A DNA stretch of 64,000 bases from Nitrospirota bacterium (GTDB lineage Bacteria > Nitrospirota > Nitrospiria > Nitrospirales > Nitrospiraceae): contig CAVPBK010000015.1 of NCBI GenBank assembly GCA_963701855.1, positions 13,885 through 77,884 of the forward strand. The letters are read 5' to 3'. Shown piece by piece: positions 30,090-41,272 of the stretch (position 1 is the stretch's first letter; each line of letters begins with the position of its first letter). The position numbers and the translations under genes were made by a program. A model generated the notes under the pieces. It was not told the origin of the DNA and made no database searches. It saw nothing but the letters and a program-made list of their open reading frames with translations.

Positions 30090-31295
30090 TCACTTGGCAA
30101 TCGTGATACTGGGAACCCCGACGCGAGGCACCTCGCTGACGGTCATTTGGAACAAGAGATACAGCATTTGGAATGCCTCGCGGTTCCAGCGAGCCAGCGG
30201 CCCCGTGGTGTTGACCGAGTAATATTTCCCATGGGACTGAATCGATAGATCTGCTTCCGAGGGAGCGCTATCCGACAGCACGAGCTCCATGGTGCGGACG
30301 GGATTTTCGAGGACCTCTGGGGTTCGAGGATCTTTGTCAACGTAGTATTCAGGTTCTTCTCCGAGCGATCGGCCAAGAAAGTTGAGAATGGTATAGAAGC
30401 TCCGCAGCCGGAAATCTCCCTTGAGGGGGTATTCGCCTCCGACGTGCCCGGGACGAATATCGAAGGAGACATCGTTGAGGTACCCTTCCTCCGTTTCATC
30501 GATCAACCTGGCCCGTTCCTCAGGTGGAAGTGTGTAGGGGTCATAGTTGGTGATGAGAATTGGTCCCGTGATTTGTTTTTGAAGGGTGTAACTGTTGTCT
30601 TTCTGATTGTAAGTGACGAGATACTCTTTCTGTAATGCCTGAAAACCTTCGGCTGTGACCGAATTGGCGGGAATGGTCCAGGTCCGATTATGGACGAGCG
30701 GTTCGGTATGGAGATGGTTCTGGTCTTGAATGGCCGAAAGGTGCGTCACCACCCGGCGGAACATCTCGTAGCCCGTCCGATCTGCCGGTGAATTGCGATA
30801 GGCGACCTCCTGGCCATTCTCCGTGATCCGCAGTTCCTGGGCCATCAGCCGGAGCAATAGATCGATGTCGTACCGCTGCCGGAGGAGGAGGAGGAACTTG
30901 GTTTCCTGAAAGGGGGTCAAGAGCCGCTTGGTAAACTCTTCCCCTTCGATCGGTGCGATACTGATGGTAGGGTTCTCAGCCACGCTGCCGCCGAAGATCG
31001 GCATGAGCGCCCTGCTGGCCTCTCCCGTGAGTGCCGGAGTGGCGCCGGCGCTGACACGGAAATCGAACGTCGCGGCGATATTCGAGACGCCGGTGAAGTG
31101 AATCGGTTGATGCTGATGGGCGCGGGCGATGTTGATGAGCAGTTGTTTGGAGATGGCATCCGTGATCGCCTGATCATAGGCTGTCACGGCGCGATTCAGC
31201 GTGATGGGTGAGAGGCAGCCGGTTACGGCCAGGCTGCAGACGATTCCCGACAGAATCAATTGTGCGGGGGATGTTAAACGCTGTCCCATCGTCAT
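30090..31295 (-). CDS. Hypothetical lipoprotein
   Basis: Lipobox VTGC; QLLINIARA...PIHF; NPTISIAPIEGEEF. Confidence 0.75.
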   Translation of the reverse strand: MTMGQRLTSPAQLILSGIVCSLAVTGCLSPITLNRAVTAYDQAITDAISKQLLINIARAHQHQPIHFTGVSNIAATFDFRVSAGATPALTGEASRALMPIFGGSVAENPTISIAPIEGEEFTKRLLTPFQETKFLLLLRQRYDIDLLLRLMAQELRITENGQEVAYRNSPADRTGYEMFRRVVTHLSAIQDQNHLHTEPLVHNRTWTIPANSVTAEGFQALQKEYLVTYNQKDNSYTLQKQITGPILITNYDPYTLPPEERARLIDETEEGYLNDVSFDIRPGHVGGEYPLKGDFRLRSFYTILNFLGRSLGEEPEYYVDKDPRTPEVLENPVRTMELVLSDSAPSEADLSIQSHGKYYSVNTTGPLARWNREAFQMLYLLFQMTVSEVPRVGVPSITIAK

Positions 31296-31667
31296 GTGAA
31301 CCACCTTCGAGCGAGCCCGACCATCCTTCGGCAGGTTTGTAGCATAACTGGCATGGGATGCCTAGCGGATCGTTGCCAGATTGTTTGATGCTGGGAGCCC
31401 TCTGTGGAGAGGATGTGGGTCAAGCCTGCGATTGACTGATTGAAGAGGGATTGCGGTCGTGCGGCATATCCGGATTCTCTTTTTTGCAAGAGGTCGAATC
31501 GTAAAGGAGGAATCATCTGATCGAGAGCGTCCACCCTCCTGCGACCGGGTTTTCGATGATTGAGCCTCAGGCTCTTGCTCTTGGCTTAGATCACAGAGTC
31601 TGAGCTATTCCCAATAGCACAACCGACAAGACGATCATCCACCGACAAGAACATCGTTGCTGTATGG

Positions 31668-34600
31668 TCATCCCATTCCCTCCTCATCGCTAGGACCCGC
31701 ATCACGCCGATGGACGATCTCGTACAGCACCGGCAAGACGACCAAAATCAATACCGCCGCCGTCAGCATTCCGCCGACCACTACTCGTGCCAGCGGCAGC
31801 TGCGACTGCGAACCAATTCCTGTGGCCACAGCGGCCGGCAAAAGACCGATAGCTGCCCCCAAAGTTGTCATCAGTACTGGCCGCATGCGCTCCCCGGCAC
31901 TTTTCAAGATGGCGGCCCTCAGATCATATCCTGCCTTCCTGCGGTCTTGGATCCGAACGATCAGGATTAAGCCACCCTGGATTGCCACTCCGAACAGCGA
32001 GATGAATCCCACCGCCGCTGAAATGCTGAAATCCGTTCCGGTGAGCAGGAGCGACAACACGCCTCCGACCAAGGCAAAGGGAACCGCACACAATACCAGT
32101 AACGAATCGCGCAAGGAGTCTAAGGCGAGGAAAGCCAGGAGAAAGATGACCACAAGGCTTACTGGTACGATGGTCATCAGGCGCTTTTTTTCATCCTGCA
32201 ACTGATCATACTCTCCATGCCATTCCATCCGGTACCGTTCAGGCAAGGTGACCTGTTGGTGAATCAGCGCTTCCGCCTCCGTGACGGTGCCCTCTAAATC
32301 ACGCCCTCGCACGCTGAACTTGATCGGGATGTACCGCTCGTTGTTTTCGCGATAAATGGTAAACGCCCCGGTCTGCATCGTGACCGTTGCGAGCTGCTTC
32401 AGCGGAATACGCGCGCCTGCCGGCGTGCTGACCAGGATGTTGCTGATCGATTCAGTATCCTGTCGATACTCCGGCAAAAACCGTACGACCAGATCAAACA
32501 ACTTCTCACCTTCATATACCTGCGTCACCGCTTGACCCCCGATCGCGGCCTGGACCACCACATTCACATCCGACACTTGCAACCCATAGCGCGCACTCGC
32601 CTCACGATCGACCTGGATGAGCAGGTTCGGCTGCCCCACCAGGTGAAAGATACCGAGATCTTTCACGCCCCGAACCCCGTGCATAACATGCTCAATCTCG
32701 CTAGCCTTTGCCTCCATAATCTTCAGATCAGGGCCGAAGAGTTTGATGGAGTTCTCTGCCTTCACCCCCGACATGGCCTCTTCAACGTTGTCCTGAATCA
32801 CCTGCGAGAAATTGAAAATGACCCCCGGAATTTCTTTCAGCCGCCCATCAATCTCTTCAATCAGCGCTTCTTTACTCAATCCGGGACGCCATTCCTTTTT
32901 CGGCTTGAGATTGGCCAAAAACTCGGCATTGGAGAAGCTCGTTGGATCGGTGCCGTCGTCGGGACGCCCCAGTTGCGACATAACAGTCGTGATTTCTGGC
33001 GAGTCGCGGAACAACCGACGAACCTCGCTCGTCAACCGTGCCGCCTGGTCGAAGGATATATCCACAGGCATCGTGGCACGAACCCAGAGGTTCCCTTCTT
33101 CCAAGGCCGGCATGAATTCCCCTCCAATCGACTTCAACGCCACGAACGTAATAGCCAGAAGTCCGACGCAGACGCCGACGACAGCAGTCCGATGGCCTAA
33201 CGCCCACCCCAAGATGCTGTTGTAGAGGCGACGGATTCGGCGCACGACCATCGTATCATCCTCACTGATCGTGCCCTTGAGTAAGAAAGAACAGAGCACG
33301 GGGGCCAGCGTAAAGGCCATCAAGAGTGCGCCCACCAAGGCAAACCCATAGGTAATGGACATAGGGGCGAAAATCTTCCCCGGCACACCCGTCATCGTGA
33401 AGAGCGGAATGAACGCGACCACGATAATGGTCGTCGAAAAGAAAATCGGTCTTCCGACCTGCCGCGCCGCGCGGACAATCTGTTGGGGCATCGTTAAATT
33501 GTGGAGCTTCCTGTGCGCCAAGACGGAGAAGATGTTTTCCACCATGATCAAGGTGGCGTCAACCACAATACCGAAGTCGATGGCTCCGAGTGAAATGAGA
33601 TTCGCCGACTCTCCGATCAGGACCATCATCGAAAAGGTAAAAAGCAATGAGACCGGAATGGTCAACGCTACAATCACCGCCGCACGCAAATGGCCCAAAA
33701 ACACAAAAAGAATGATGAAGACCAAGACCATGCCGCTGATGAGAATGTCCATGACGGTCTCCACCGTCGTCTGGATCAAGGCCGAGCGATCGTAGAAGGT
33801 TTTGACCTTGACCCCGGCCGGCAACTTCCAGGTGTTGAGTTCCTCCACCTTGTGCAGCACCTTTTCGAGGACGGGCCGTGACTTGTAGCCCCGTTGGAGA
33901 AGGATGACACCTTCGACGACATCGTCGCGCTCATCGATACCAACTTTCCCCAATCGAACCCGGGACCCGACCGTGACATTCCCCAGAGTCTTGATGAAGA
34001 TCGGTGTCCCGTCTTTTTCCGCCACCATCACGTTCTCGATATCTGGGATCCCGTTGATGAGGCCCAGTCCACGAATGTTGTAGTTCTGCGGGCCAATGGT
34101 CAGATAGTTGCCTCCGACGTTGGCATTGCTATTGGTCAAGGCGGACATGACTTGCGACAGGTTGACGCCGTAGCTGATCAATCGTCCCGGATCGATATCG
34201 ACGTGATATTCTTTGGTCGTCCCACCGAACGCCGTCACATCGATGACGCCGGGAATGCGCCGGAACTCCCGTCGAACCTGCCAGTCCTGAATCGTCTTCA
34301 AGTCTGTGAGCGTGGTCTCGTCGGTCCCCGTAAGTTCATATCGATAGATTTCGGCAATCGTCCACCAAGGGGATAGCGACGGCACCGCTCCGGGAGGCAG
34401 TTTCACCGAGCCCAGTCGATTCAAGACTTCCTGGCGGTCGCGAAAGATCTCCGTATCAAAATTGAAATAGATCTTGATGTCGCTCAACCCGAAGATCGAG
34501 ATCGAGCGAACGTCCGAGACGCCTGGCATACCGTTGAGTGCGACCTCGATAGGAATTGTGATTTGGCGTTCGATCTCTTCAGCCGACCAACTGGGATACT

Positions 34601-34754
34601 GGGTGATCAATTCGACCATCGGCGGCGAGGGATCGGGATAGGCGACGATATCGAGGGTATGAAAGGCGTAGAGCCCGCCGAACAGGAGGAGAAAGCCCAG
34701 GATGCAGACCATGACCCGCTGGATGAGAGAAAGTTCGACGATTCTGGCTATCAT
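31668..34754 (-). CDS. CusA/CzcA family heavy-metal RND efflux transporter
   Basis: 1028 aa; AYPD, SANLISLGAIDFGIVVD, RMRPVLMT. Confidence 0.95.
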   Translation of the reverse strand: MIARIVELSLIQRVMVCILGFLLLFGGLYAFHTLDIVAYPDPSPPMVELITQYPSWSAEEIERQITIPIEVALNGMPGVSDVRSISIFGLSDIKIYFNFDTEIFRDRQEVLNRLGSVKLPPGAVPSLSPWWTIAEIYRYELTGTDETTLTDLKTIQDWQVRREFRRIPGVIDVTAFGGTTKEYHVDIDPGRLISYGVNLSQVMSALTNSNANVGGNYLTIGPQNYNIRGLGLINGIPDIENVMVAEKDGTPIFIKTLGNVTVGSRVRLGKVGIDERDDVVEGVILLQRGYKSRPVLEKVLHKVEELNTWKLPAGVKVKTFYDRSALIQTTVETVMDILISGMVLVFIILFVFLGHLRAAVIVALTIPVSLLFTFSMMVLIGESANLISLGAIDFGIVVDATLIMVENIFSVLAHRKLHNLTMPQQIVRAARQVGRPIFFSTTIIVVAFIPLFTMTGVPGKIFAPMSITYGFALVGALLMAFTLAPVLCSFLLKGTISEDDTMVVRRIRRLYNSILGWALGHRTAVVGVCVGLLAITFVALKSIGGEFMPALEEGNLWVRATMPVDISFDQAARLTSEVRRLFRDSPEITTVMSQLGRPDDGTDPTSFSNAEFLANLKPKKEWRPGLSKEALIEEIDGRLKEIPGVIFNFSQVIQDNVEEAMSGVKAENSIKLFGPDLKIMEAKASEIEHVMHGVRGVKDLGIFHLVGQPNLLIQVDREASARYGLQVSDVNVVVQAAIGGQAVTQVYEGEKLFDLVVRFLPEYRQDTESISNILVSTPAGARIPLKQLATVTMQTGAFTIYRENNERYIPIKFSVRGRDLEGTVTEAEALIHQQVTLPERYRMEWHGEYDQLQDEKKRLMTIVPVSLVVIFLLAFLALDSLRDSLLVLCAVPFALVGGVLSLLLTGTDFSISAAVGFISLFGVAIQGGLILIVRIQDRRKAGYDLRAAILKSAGERMRPVLMTTLGAAIGLLPAAVATGIGSQSQLPLARVVVGGMLTAAVLILVVLPVLYEIVHRRDAGPSDEEGMG

Positions 34755-34804
34755 GGGGTGCGATTAGATTCCAATTCGAAAGAGGAGAGCCGTGCGTGGG
34801 AGCG

Positions 34805-35995
34805 CTATCCTTTGACTTCCTGTCCCTTGATCAAGACCGCGCCCTTCGTCACGATACGTTGTCCCGATGTCAAGCCTTCCAGGACCCGCACCTGATCCGG
34901 TGAAATCGTGCTCACTTTGACTTCCCGTTTGACATAGTGACCGGCGCCTTCGACGACGTATACAAACTGTTTCCCATCCACTTCCAGCACCGCTTCACGA
35001 GGAATCATCAGGAGCGGCGTGGATTCTCCGACCTCAATATGGAGGCGCGCGAACATTTCCGGCTTTAGCCGATGATCCTTATTGTTGACCCAGGCACGGA
35101 GCTTGATGGTTCTGGAGGTCGGGTCAACCACGTCACCGATGGTGGCCACGGTCGCGGGGAAATTCACGTCCGAATACGCCTCTACGCTGACTTTGGCAGA
35201 CTGCCCCTCCTTCACCAAAGAGAGATCCCGTTCATAGACATCCGCTACTATCTGCAGCATATCGAGATCGGCTACCGTAAACACGACCTGGCCGGAATCT
35301 CCTCCGATCGACTGGCCTGGCGTCACATTCCGTTCCACGACGGTCCCGGCCAAGGGACTCTTCATTTCGAATCGCGACGTGATTTTTTGCCGGTCGAGTG
35401 GCTTATCGAGTTCCTCCGCGGGAACCCGCAAGGACAACAACCGTTCTTTCGCACGGCGGAATTCCGCGCGCGCCTTGATCAATTCATTCTCCGCTTGCTT
35501 GAGGTCCTTCAACGCCAGCGCCTTACTCTCATACAAATCCTTGGCCAACTCGTGGGCGCGTGTCGCATATTGTAGATCCGAGTCTTCCTTGACGTATTCT
35601 GAATAGGCTTGGGCAATTTCCTGACTATCCAACACCAACAACACATTTCCTGCCTGCACACGATCACCCAAATGCGCCCGCACCTCAAGGACCCGCCCTT
35701 GGAGCGGAGAGGAAATTCTTGAATAGCGATCTTCGCCGTAAGCAACCTTTCCGGATAAACTGAGGTCATGAACTCCCGACCTGAGCTCGACGAGAGCTGT
35801 TTCCACCCGTGGATGCGGTTCCGCAACTGATCCGGCTACCTGGGATGGAGGCGGGGCAGCGGCGGAAACTGTGGGTTGTTCTTCTCGCCCACAGGCAGAG
35901 AGCACCAGGCAGCCTAAAACGAAGGTTGAGACCGTTAGAGTAATCAGTGGGCCGCGAGAGTCAATCGTACGCGCACCCTTAACCTGGCTCGTCAC
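34805..35995 (-). CDS. RND periplasmic adaptor (CzcB-like)
   Basis: Lipobox LSAC; SPLAGTVVER; LKPEMFA. Confidence 0.92.
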   Translation of the reverse strand: MTSQVKGARTIDSRGPLITLTVSTFVLGCLVLSACGREEQPTVSAAAPPPSQVAGSVAEPHPRVETALVELRSGVHDLSLSGKVAYGEDRYSRISSPLQGRVLEVRAHLGDRVQAGNVLLVLDSQEIAQAYSEYVKEDSDLQYATRAHELAKDLYESKALALKDLKQAENELIKARAEFRRAKERLLSLRVPAEELDKPLDRQKITSRFEMKSPLAGTVVERNVTPGQSIGGDSGQVVFTVADLDMLQIVADVYERDLSLVKEGQSAKVSVEAYSDVNFPATVATIGDVVDPTSRTIKLRAWVNNKDHRLKPEMFARLHIEVGESTPLLMIPREAVLEVDGKQFVYVVEGAGHYVKREVKVSTISPDQVRVLEGLTSGQRIVTKGAVLIKGQEVKG

Positions 35996-37305
35996 GACCC
36001 GATCTCCTGCCCCACGGCGCTTTCCAGCTGAAAGAGATTATGCTGGTAGTTGAACAAGGCTTCGATATAGTTTTGCTGAATCGTCCGCGAGGTGCGCGCG
36101 GCATCGAGCAAATCGATAATCGTCGCGCCGCCCCGTTCATAGGCCCGTTCGACGATCGTAAAAGTCGAGCGGGCATCTTCCAATACCTCACCGAAATAGG
36201 CTTCGACCAATCGCCGGCTCTGCAGCAGGTTGCGATAGGCGACGTCCACTTCATTCTCAACTAGATTGGTGGTCTTATCCAAGTCGGCTTCCGCCGACTG
36301 GAGGGAGACTTCCGCCTGGAGAATCCCACCTTGGTTTCGGTTAAACAGGGGCAAGGGAATGCCTGCACTGAGCGCGACTTGGCCTGGATTATCAGGCCCG
36401 CGCGCTCCCTGAATCGCGTATCCGGCCCCGATCGTCACATCGGGAATCCGGTAGGACTTCGCCAGCTTCAGATCGGACTCCCTCTGGGAAAAGGTATAGC
36501 GTTTTGCGCGGATATCCGGACGCGCATCGAGAGCGGTCACGCGCAATTTTTCGATGTCGGGATCGATCCGGCGAAAACCCAATTCCGTGGTCAATTCCAG
36601 CACCGTCTTTGGGGATAACCGCAGCAGCTGACGAAGATCGCCTTTCGCCGATTCTGCCTCCTGCAATGATCGGATCACCTGCGAGTAAAAGTCCACCATC
36701 TGCAAGCGAATCCGAATAAGATCGACTTCCGCGATGTACCCTTTATTGAATCGGATGGTATTGATCGCGAGGATACGGGAGAAACGTTCACGATTTTCTT
36801 CTGCCAACACTAACCTGCGCTGAGCCAACTGAATCCGGTAATAGGTGTCCTTGACGGTAAACCCGAGTTGCCGCACCGCATCTTCGAAGGCTGCTTCTGC
36901 CGATTGCGTGCCGTACCCAGCACTTTCGATTCGATAGCCCCGTTTCCCTGCTAACTCGAACAACTGAGAGACTTGCGTAAACAACTGTCCGCTATTGGAC
37001 AGAGTCCTCCCTTGCGTATAGGAGCTGAGTGTCCCGACCGAAACAAACGGATTCGGGAAGAGCCGCGCGGTGACTTCCTGCCCTTTTGTATGCTCAATTC
37101 CGTACTTGGCAATGAGCACATCAAGGTTTTGACTGAGGAACAGTCCCAGCGCCTCGTTCACGCTGAGACGAAGTGTTTTCGATGCCATGGTAGCCTGTTC
37201 AGGAGCCGGAGATGGCGAGGCCGCACCGGAGGGATATGCAGAAAGGCTCAAAATGCTGAAAACGATGATGTGGCAGATGGGACGCAATTGTCGATCCGCA
37301 AACAC
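35992..37305 (-). CDS. TolC/CzcC family outer-membrane efflux protein
   Basis: IPLPLFNRNQG, AYERGG...DLLDA; operon with the adaptor and RND pump. Confidence 0.92.
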   Translation of the reverse strand: MFADRQLRPICHIIVFSILSLSAYPSGAASPSPAPEQATMASKTLRLSVNEALGLFLSQNLDVLIAKYGIEHTKGQEVTARLFPNPFVSVGTLSSYTQGRTLSNSGQLFTQVSQLFELAGKRGYRIESAGYGTQSAEAAFEDAVRQLGFTVKDTYYRIQLAQRRLVLAEENRERFSRILAINTIRFNKGYIAEVDLIRIRLQMVDFYSQVIRSLQEAESAKGDLRQLLRLSPKTVLELTTELGFRRIDPDIEKLRVTALDARPDIRAKRYTFSQRESDLKLAKSYRIPDVTIGAGYAIQGARGPDNPGQVALSAGIPLPLFNRNQGGILQAEVSLQSAEADLDKTTNLVENEVDVAYRNLLQSRRLVEAYFGEVLEDARSTFTIVERAYERGGATIIDLLDAARTSRTIQQNYIEALFNYQHNLFQLESAVGQEIGS

Positions 37306-37490
37306 AAACAGTCCTCCGTGTAAACCACTGTATGGTGTGGGAGGTGAGCACAGTTGACCGCATCAACCTCTCAAGCGAATCTTGATTATACAGCGTGCGG
37401 GGGGCGAAGCAAGGAACCTCTTGATAAATATGTTCTTAGTCCGCATTATTCAAATTTCATACTCATCGGTAGACCGACTCCTGCACGTCA

Positions 37491-38483
37491 CTACTTCCAG
37501 AACCGCTTGGGAACGTCAAACGAGTACCGGAGTTGAACGGCCGTATATTTTTGAACGAGTCCTGCCTTATCTAACGGTTGGTCCTGCTCCTGATACAGGC
37601 TCAGTTCCATATCGTCGCGAAACCGCAGCGCCACCCCTATAACCCAGTCCAACTCGGTGGGGTTGAGCTTGTTTCCGGCCTCCCGGTCTGTAAAGAAATT
37701 CATATCTCCGTACAGCACGACTCTATTTTTATAGAGGTCGAGATCCGCATGGGCCACATACCGAAAAAGGGCTCTCCCGGTATTATCCGGTCGCGCAAAG
37801 TAGCTACTGTTATGAAACAGCCAGCCGGCACCGGCATAGGCTGTCAGGTTCTGATTGGGAAAGGTGCGCTGCCACCAACTGAAATCCTGTCTGGCTTGAA
37901 ATCGAGAAGTCAGTAACGTATCGGCATACGCTTGGACGAGACCGCTCTTGTCAAGCGGCGCATCGCGCTCGTACTGGAGACGCCAGCCCCACCGGTCGAT
38001 CAGCCCGGTGAAGGCATAGGTGCCATCCCATTCGCTCAGAGTGATCCATCCTTTTGTTCGATCTGAGAAGAAGTTTTGATCAGTGTAGAAGGTCAGATAC
38101 TGCTTGTAGAGGTCAGTTTCCAGGTGAAGCATGTGTCGAAGACCGACCAATCCTGTGTTATCGGGGCGAGCAGCGAAACTCGGGTTGGACACGAAGGCGG
38201 CCGTGAGGAAGTATCCTCCGAACAAGGTCTCTTCGGCTTCCCGTGCTGCCACGGTGTCCGGCTGCTCCATCGATGGCAGCGGACGGCCATACTTTTCCAA
38301 CGCAAAGGACAAGGATGGTGAGGCCAGAAGCCCAATGCTACTCAGGGCCAGGAAACCAACCGCAAGGACAAGGGTGGTAATCTGGCGCTGTTCCAGACGC
38401 CTCTTTCTCCCTATTCGGGCAACGAGCCACACTGAGTAAACGGTGAGGTAAACCTGTGTGTGACGGACGATGAGAAACGTCAT
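37491..38483 (-). CDS. Hypothetical outer-membrane beta-barrel protein with an internal duplication
   Basis: FAARPDNTG/YFARPDNTG, DLYK...NFF(S/T)DR and PLDK(S/A)GLVQ each occur twice; SD AAGGAG before 38483. Confidence 0.65.
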   Translation of the reverse strand: MTFLIVRHTQVYLTVYSVWLVARIGRKRRLEQRQITTLVLAVGFLALSSIGLLASPSLSFALEKYGRPLPSMEQPDTVAAREAEETLFGGYFLTAAFVSNPSFAARPDNTGLVGLRHMLHLETDLYKQYLTFYTDQNFFSDRTKGWITLSEWDGTYAFTGLIDRWGWRLQYERDAPLDKSGLVQAYADTLLTSRFQARQDFSWWQRTFPNQNLTAYAGAGWLFHNSSYFARPDNTGRALFRYVAHADLDLYKNRVVLYGDMNFFTDREAGNKLNPTELDWVIGVALRFRDDMELSLYQEQDQPLDKAGLVQKYTAVQLRYSFDVPKRFWK

Positions 38484-38798
38484 GATGTACTCCTTTCTCC
38501 CTGTCCCCGAGGACCGGGCCGAAGCCATCATCACGCTCGTTGGATTAGGCCACGAGAGGAAAGGCTACGCAGAGGGATCGGTAGGGATTTGAGGGTATGG
38601 CATTCAAGCCAGCTATATCAGATTGACTACTACTGCCTGCATCCATGTCTTTCCTCCCCTGACGAGATAATTATCCTGTATCTGTACGTTGTTGCGTAGC
38701 AGCGTTCAAACAACAGAACCTTGAGGCTTCTACCTCAGCGAACAAGATGTGTCAACTACAAACTTCGGCCATATGCCTCATGATCGATAGCACAGTCT

Positions 38799-39209
38799 TT
38801 ATTGAACACATACGTGAAAAATCTCTTCGCAGTGATCCGTAGCATCAATCGACCGGGGCACCGATCTATACTCTACCCCCACCACACGATCATCTGCCAT
38901 AAGGAGATGCGCCCAACATCCATGATGCGCTCCTGACCTACTGGACTTGGAGGAGGCAAATGATTCCTCAAGCATGGGCGCTTCTTTGTAGTATGACAGT
39001 ACAGTTCCCTCGTCCGTCTTGGCTTCTTTAAGAGGGCTGCCTGCACAAGCGACGAGTTCTTGTTTGCTTTTCCCAAGCAAGGCTTTCCCGGTAGGGCTCG
39101 CTTCGATCGGCTGAGACGCAGCACAGCCGATGAGCCCAACAAAGCCGATTATGAGGAGGAGTTCTACGATAGGGTACGGTGTGCCGGAAGCCAGCAAAGG
39201 TATTCTCAT
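38799..39209 (-). CDS. Hypothetical lipoprotein
   Basis: Lipobox LIGC; LLGKSKQELVACAG. Confidence 0.65.
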   Translation of the reverse strand: MRIPLLASGTPYPIVELLLIIGFVGLIGCAASQPIEASPTGKALLGKSKQELVACAGSPLKEAKTDEGTVLSYYKEAPMLEESFASSKSSRSGAHHGCWAHLLMADDRVVGVEYRSVPRSIDATDHCEEIFHVCVQ

Positions 39210-39532
39210 AAATGTGTTGTATATCAAAGGATAGGTTTTAGCTACCCCTCGACGTCACCGCGGTACCAAGTTCTCTGGGGTCCGGTGAAATCATGGTCAA
39301 TGATTGCTTGACCCTGGACGTCACGCCCCACGCTCTGTGGCCGTTGGCGGACTTCTTCAGCATCCTGTTAACGCTCTTGGTTAGAGAGGGAAAGAGAAGA
39401 TGTTCTCTTTCGCGGGGCTGGCATGCGCTGCATCGAAAATGACGACTCTCATTGCATTGCGGAAGCGGGCTCTGGATAATGCGCGAAAGGCTCTAAGCCC
39501 AGTGTCATTTCTTAGGCGATAGGCGGTATTGA

Positions 39533-40873
39533 ATGTCTTCCATTTCTTTGGCCCTGCTCATCTTCGGTGTCTGCTATCTAGTCATCATCACCGAGCGGAT
39601 CCACAAGACGATTGTGGCACTGTGCGGGGCTGCGGTGATGATCGGGCTCGGTGTGGTGTCACAAGAGGAGGCGTTTTACTCCCATGAGTTCGGTGTCGAC
39701 TACAACGTCGTGTTTCTGTTGATAGGGATGATGGTGATTGTGAACATCGTTCGAGAGACCGGTCTCTTCGAAGTCTTGGCCATCTGGGCGGCGCAGCGGG
39801 CCGATGCAAAGCCGTTTCGTTTGCTGGTATTGCTGGCGCTGTTGACGGCTGGGCTTTCGGCCATGCTCGACAATGTCACCACCGTTCTGCTCATGGCGCC
39901 CGTCACGTTGGCGATTACCAAGCGACTGGAGCTTAATCCCATTACATTCCTTGTGACCGAGGCGCTTGCATCCAATATCGGCGGGACTGCGACGCTGGTC
40001 GGTGATCCTCCCAATATCATGATTGCCAGCAAGGCTGAATTGAGCTATCTCGACTTTCTGGTGGTCTTGGGTCCGATCGCTGTGGCGATCATGGTCGTGT
40101 TTGTGGCTGCACTTTGGGTCATCGTTGGGCGGACAATGACCGTGGCCCCGCATCTGCGAACGGCGGTTCTGGCATTGAGTTCACGGGAGGCCGTGTCAGA
40201 TCGACCATTATTGCATCGCTGTCTCTGGCTGTTGGGACTCGTCAACGCGGGGTTCTGTATGCATTCGCTCATTCATCTTGAGCCGGCCACGATTGCCCTC
40301 CTTGGCGCAAGCTTGTTCATGCTGATCGGTCGTGCGAGACGGAAGCGGGAGGATGCAGAAGAGTTGTCGTATTTGACCGATGTCGAATGGAAAACCATCT
40401 TCTTTTTTATTGGGCTGTTTATACTGGTCGGTGGATTGGTGAAGGTTGGCGTGATTCGCTACCTGGCGGATCAGTTGGTTTCGGTGACGCAGGGGAATCT
40501 TGCGGGCTCTACGATGGCGGTGCTCTGGGGGTCGGCGATGCTCTCAGCCGTGGTGGATAACATCCCCTACGTCGCGGCGATGAATCCGTTGATTGTGGAC
40601 CTTGCCCGGTCGCTTCACCCTGAGATTTCTGATTATGTGACCTTGGTACATCAACCAGACATTATGCCGCTGTGGTGGGCGTTGGCGCTCGGAGCGTGTC
40701 TGGGGGGGAACGGCACGATCATCGGTGCGAGCGCGAACGTCGTCATTGTGGATATCGCGCGCAAAGCCGGCTATTCCATCTCATTCTGGCAATTCTTCAA
40801 GTTTGGGTTTCCCGTCATGGTGGGGTCGGTATTCATCAGCGCGTTGTATCTCTGGCTTCTGTTTCTCCGCTGA
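39533..40873 (+). CDS. ArsB/NhaD (P-protein-like) ion transporter
   Basis: SAMLDNVTTV, ASNIGGTATLVGDPPN, SAVVDNIP, GGNGTIIGASAN. Confidence 0.9.
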   Translation: MSSISLALLIFGVCYLVIITERIHKTIVALCGAAVMIGLGVVSQEEAFYSHEFGVDYNVVFLLIGMMVIVNIVRETGLFEVLAIWAAQRADAKPFRLLVLLALLTAGLSAMLDNVTTVLLMAPVTLAITKRLELNPITFLVTEALASNIGGTATLVGDPPNIMIASKAELSYLDFLVVLGPIAVAIMVVFVAALWVIVGRTMTVAPHLRTAVLALSSREAVSDRPLLHRCLWLLGLVNAGFCMHSLIHLEPATIALLGASLFMLIGRARRKREDAEELSYLTDVEWKTIFFFIGLFILVGGLVKVGVIRYLADQLVSVTQGNLAGSTMAVLWGSAMLSAVVDNIPYVAAMNPLIVDLARSLHPEISDYVTLVHQPDIMPLWWALALGACLGGNGTIIGASANVVIVDIARKAGYSISFWQFFKFGFPVMVGSVFISALYLWLLFLR

Positions 40874-40924
40874 CCTCGCCCCCTAGAAGGACCTGAAAAA
40901 TTCCGCCAGCGGCAGACGACTGTT

Positions 40925-41003
40925 AGTTTGGTCTATTTGGTTGAATTAGACTAACCGGATAAACCAGATGAACCAAATCAAGCAAATAAATCAGACCAAT
41001 CCA
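40925..41003. repeat. Degenerate 9-bp periodic repeat (AACCAGAT(A/G)-like)
   Basis: TTTGGTCTATTTGGTTGAATTAGACTAACCGGATAAACCAGATGAACCAAATC; similar tracts at 50822-50875 and 60256-60318. Confidence 0.6.
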
Positions 41004-41272
41004 TCTAGGCGAAGGAATTTCCTCGCTGCTGTATGTCATGGGCTACAGCCGTAAGATCCTCGTAAAAACAGCTTGATAGAGTGATGCTGGCCTCGATGGT
41101 GAACTCGTTTCCCTTCGTGATAGATATGGTTATTGAGAATAGAGGGGTGGCCCGTACTTCAAAATGCCCCATAAATAATGTTGTCGGCTCTCTTCTCACC
41201 GACGGTACGGTGCTTGCTTTTCTCTCTATAGAGTCTTAGCAGGCTGAGAAAAGGTGAAATCGGAGGCCTAGT

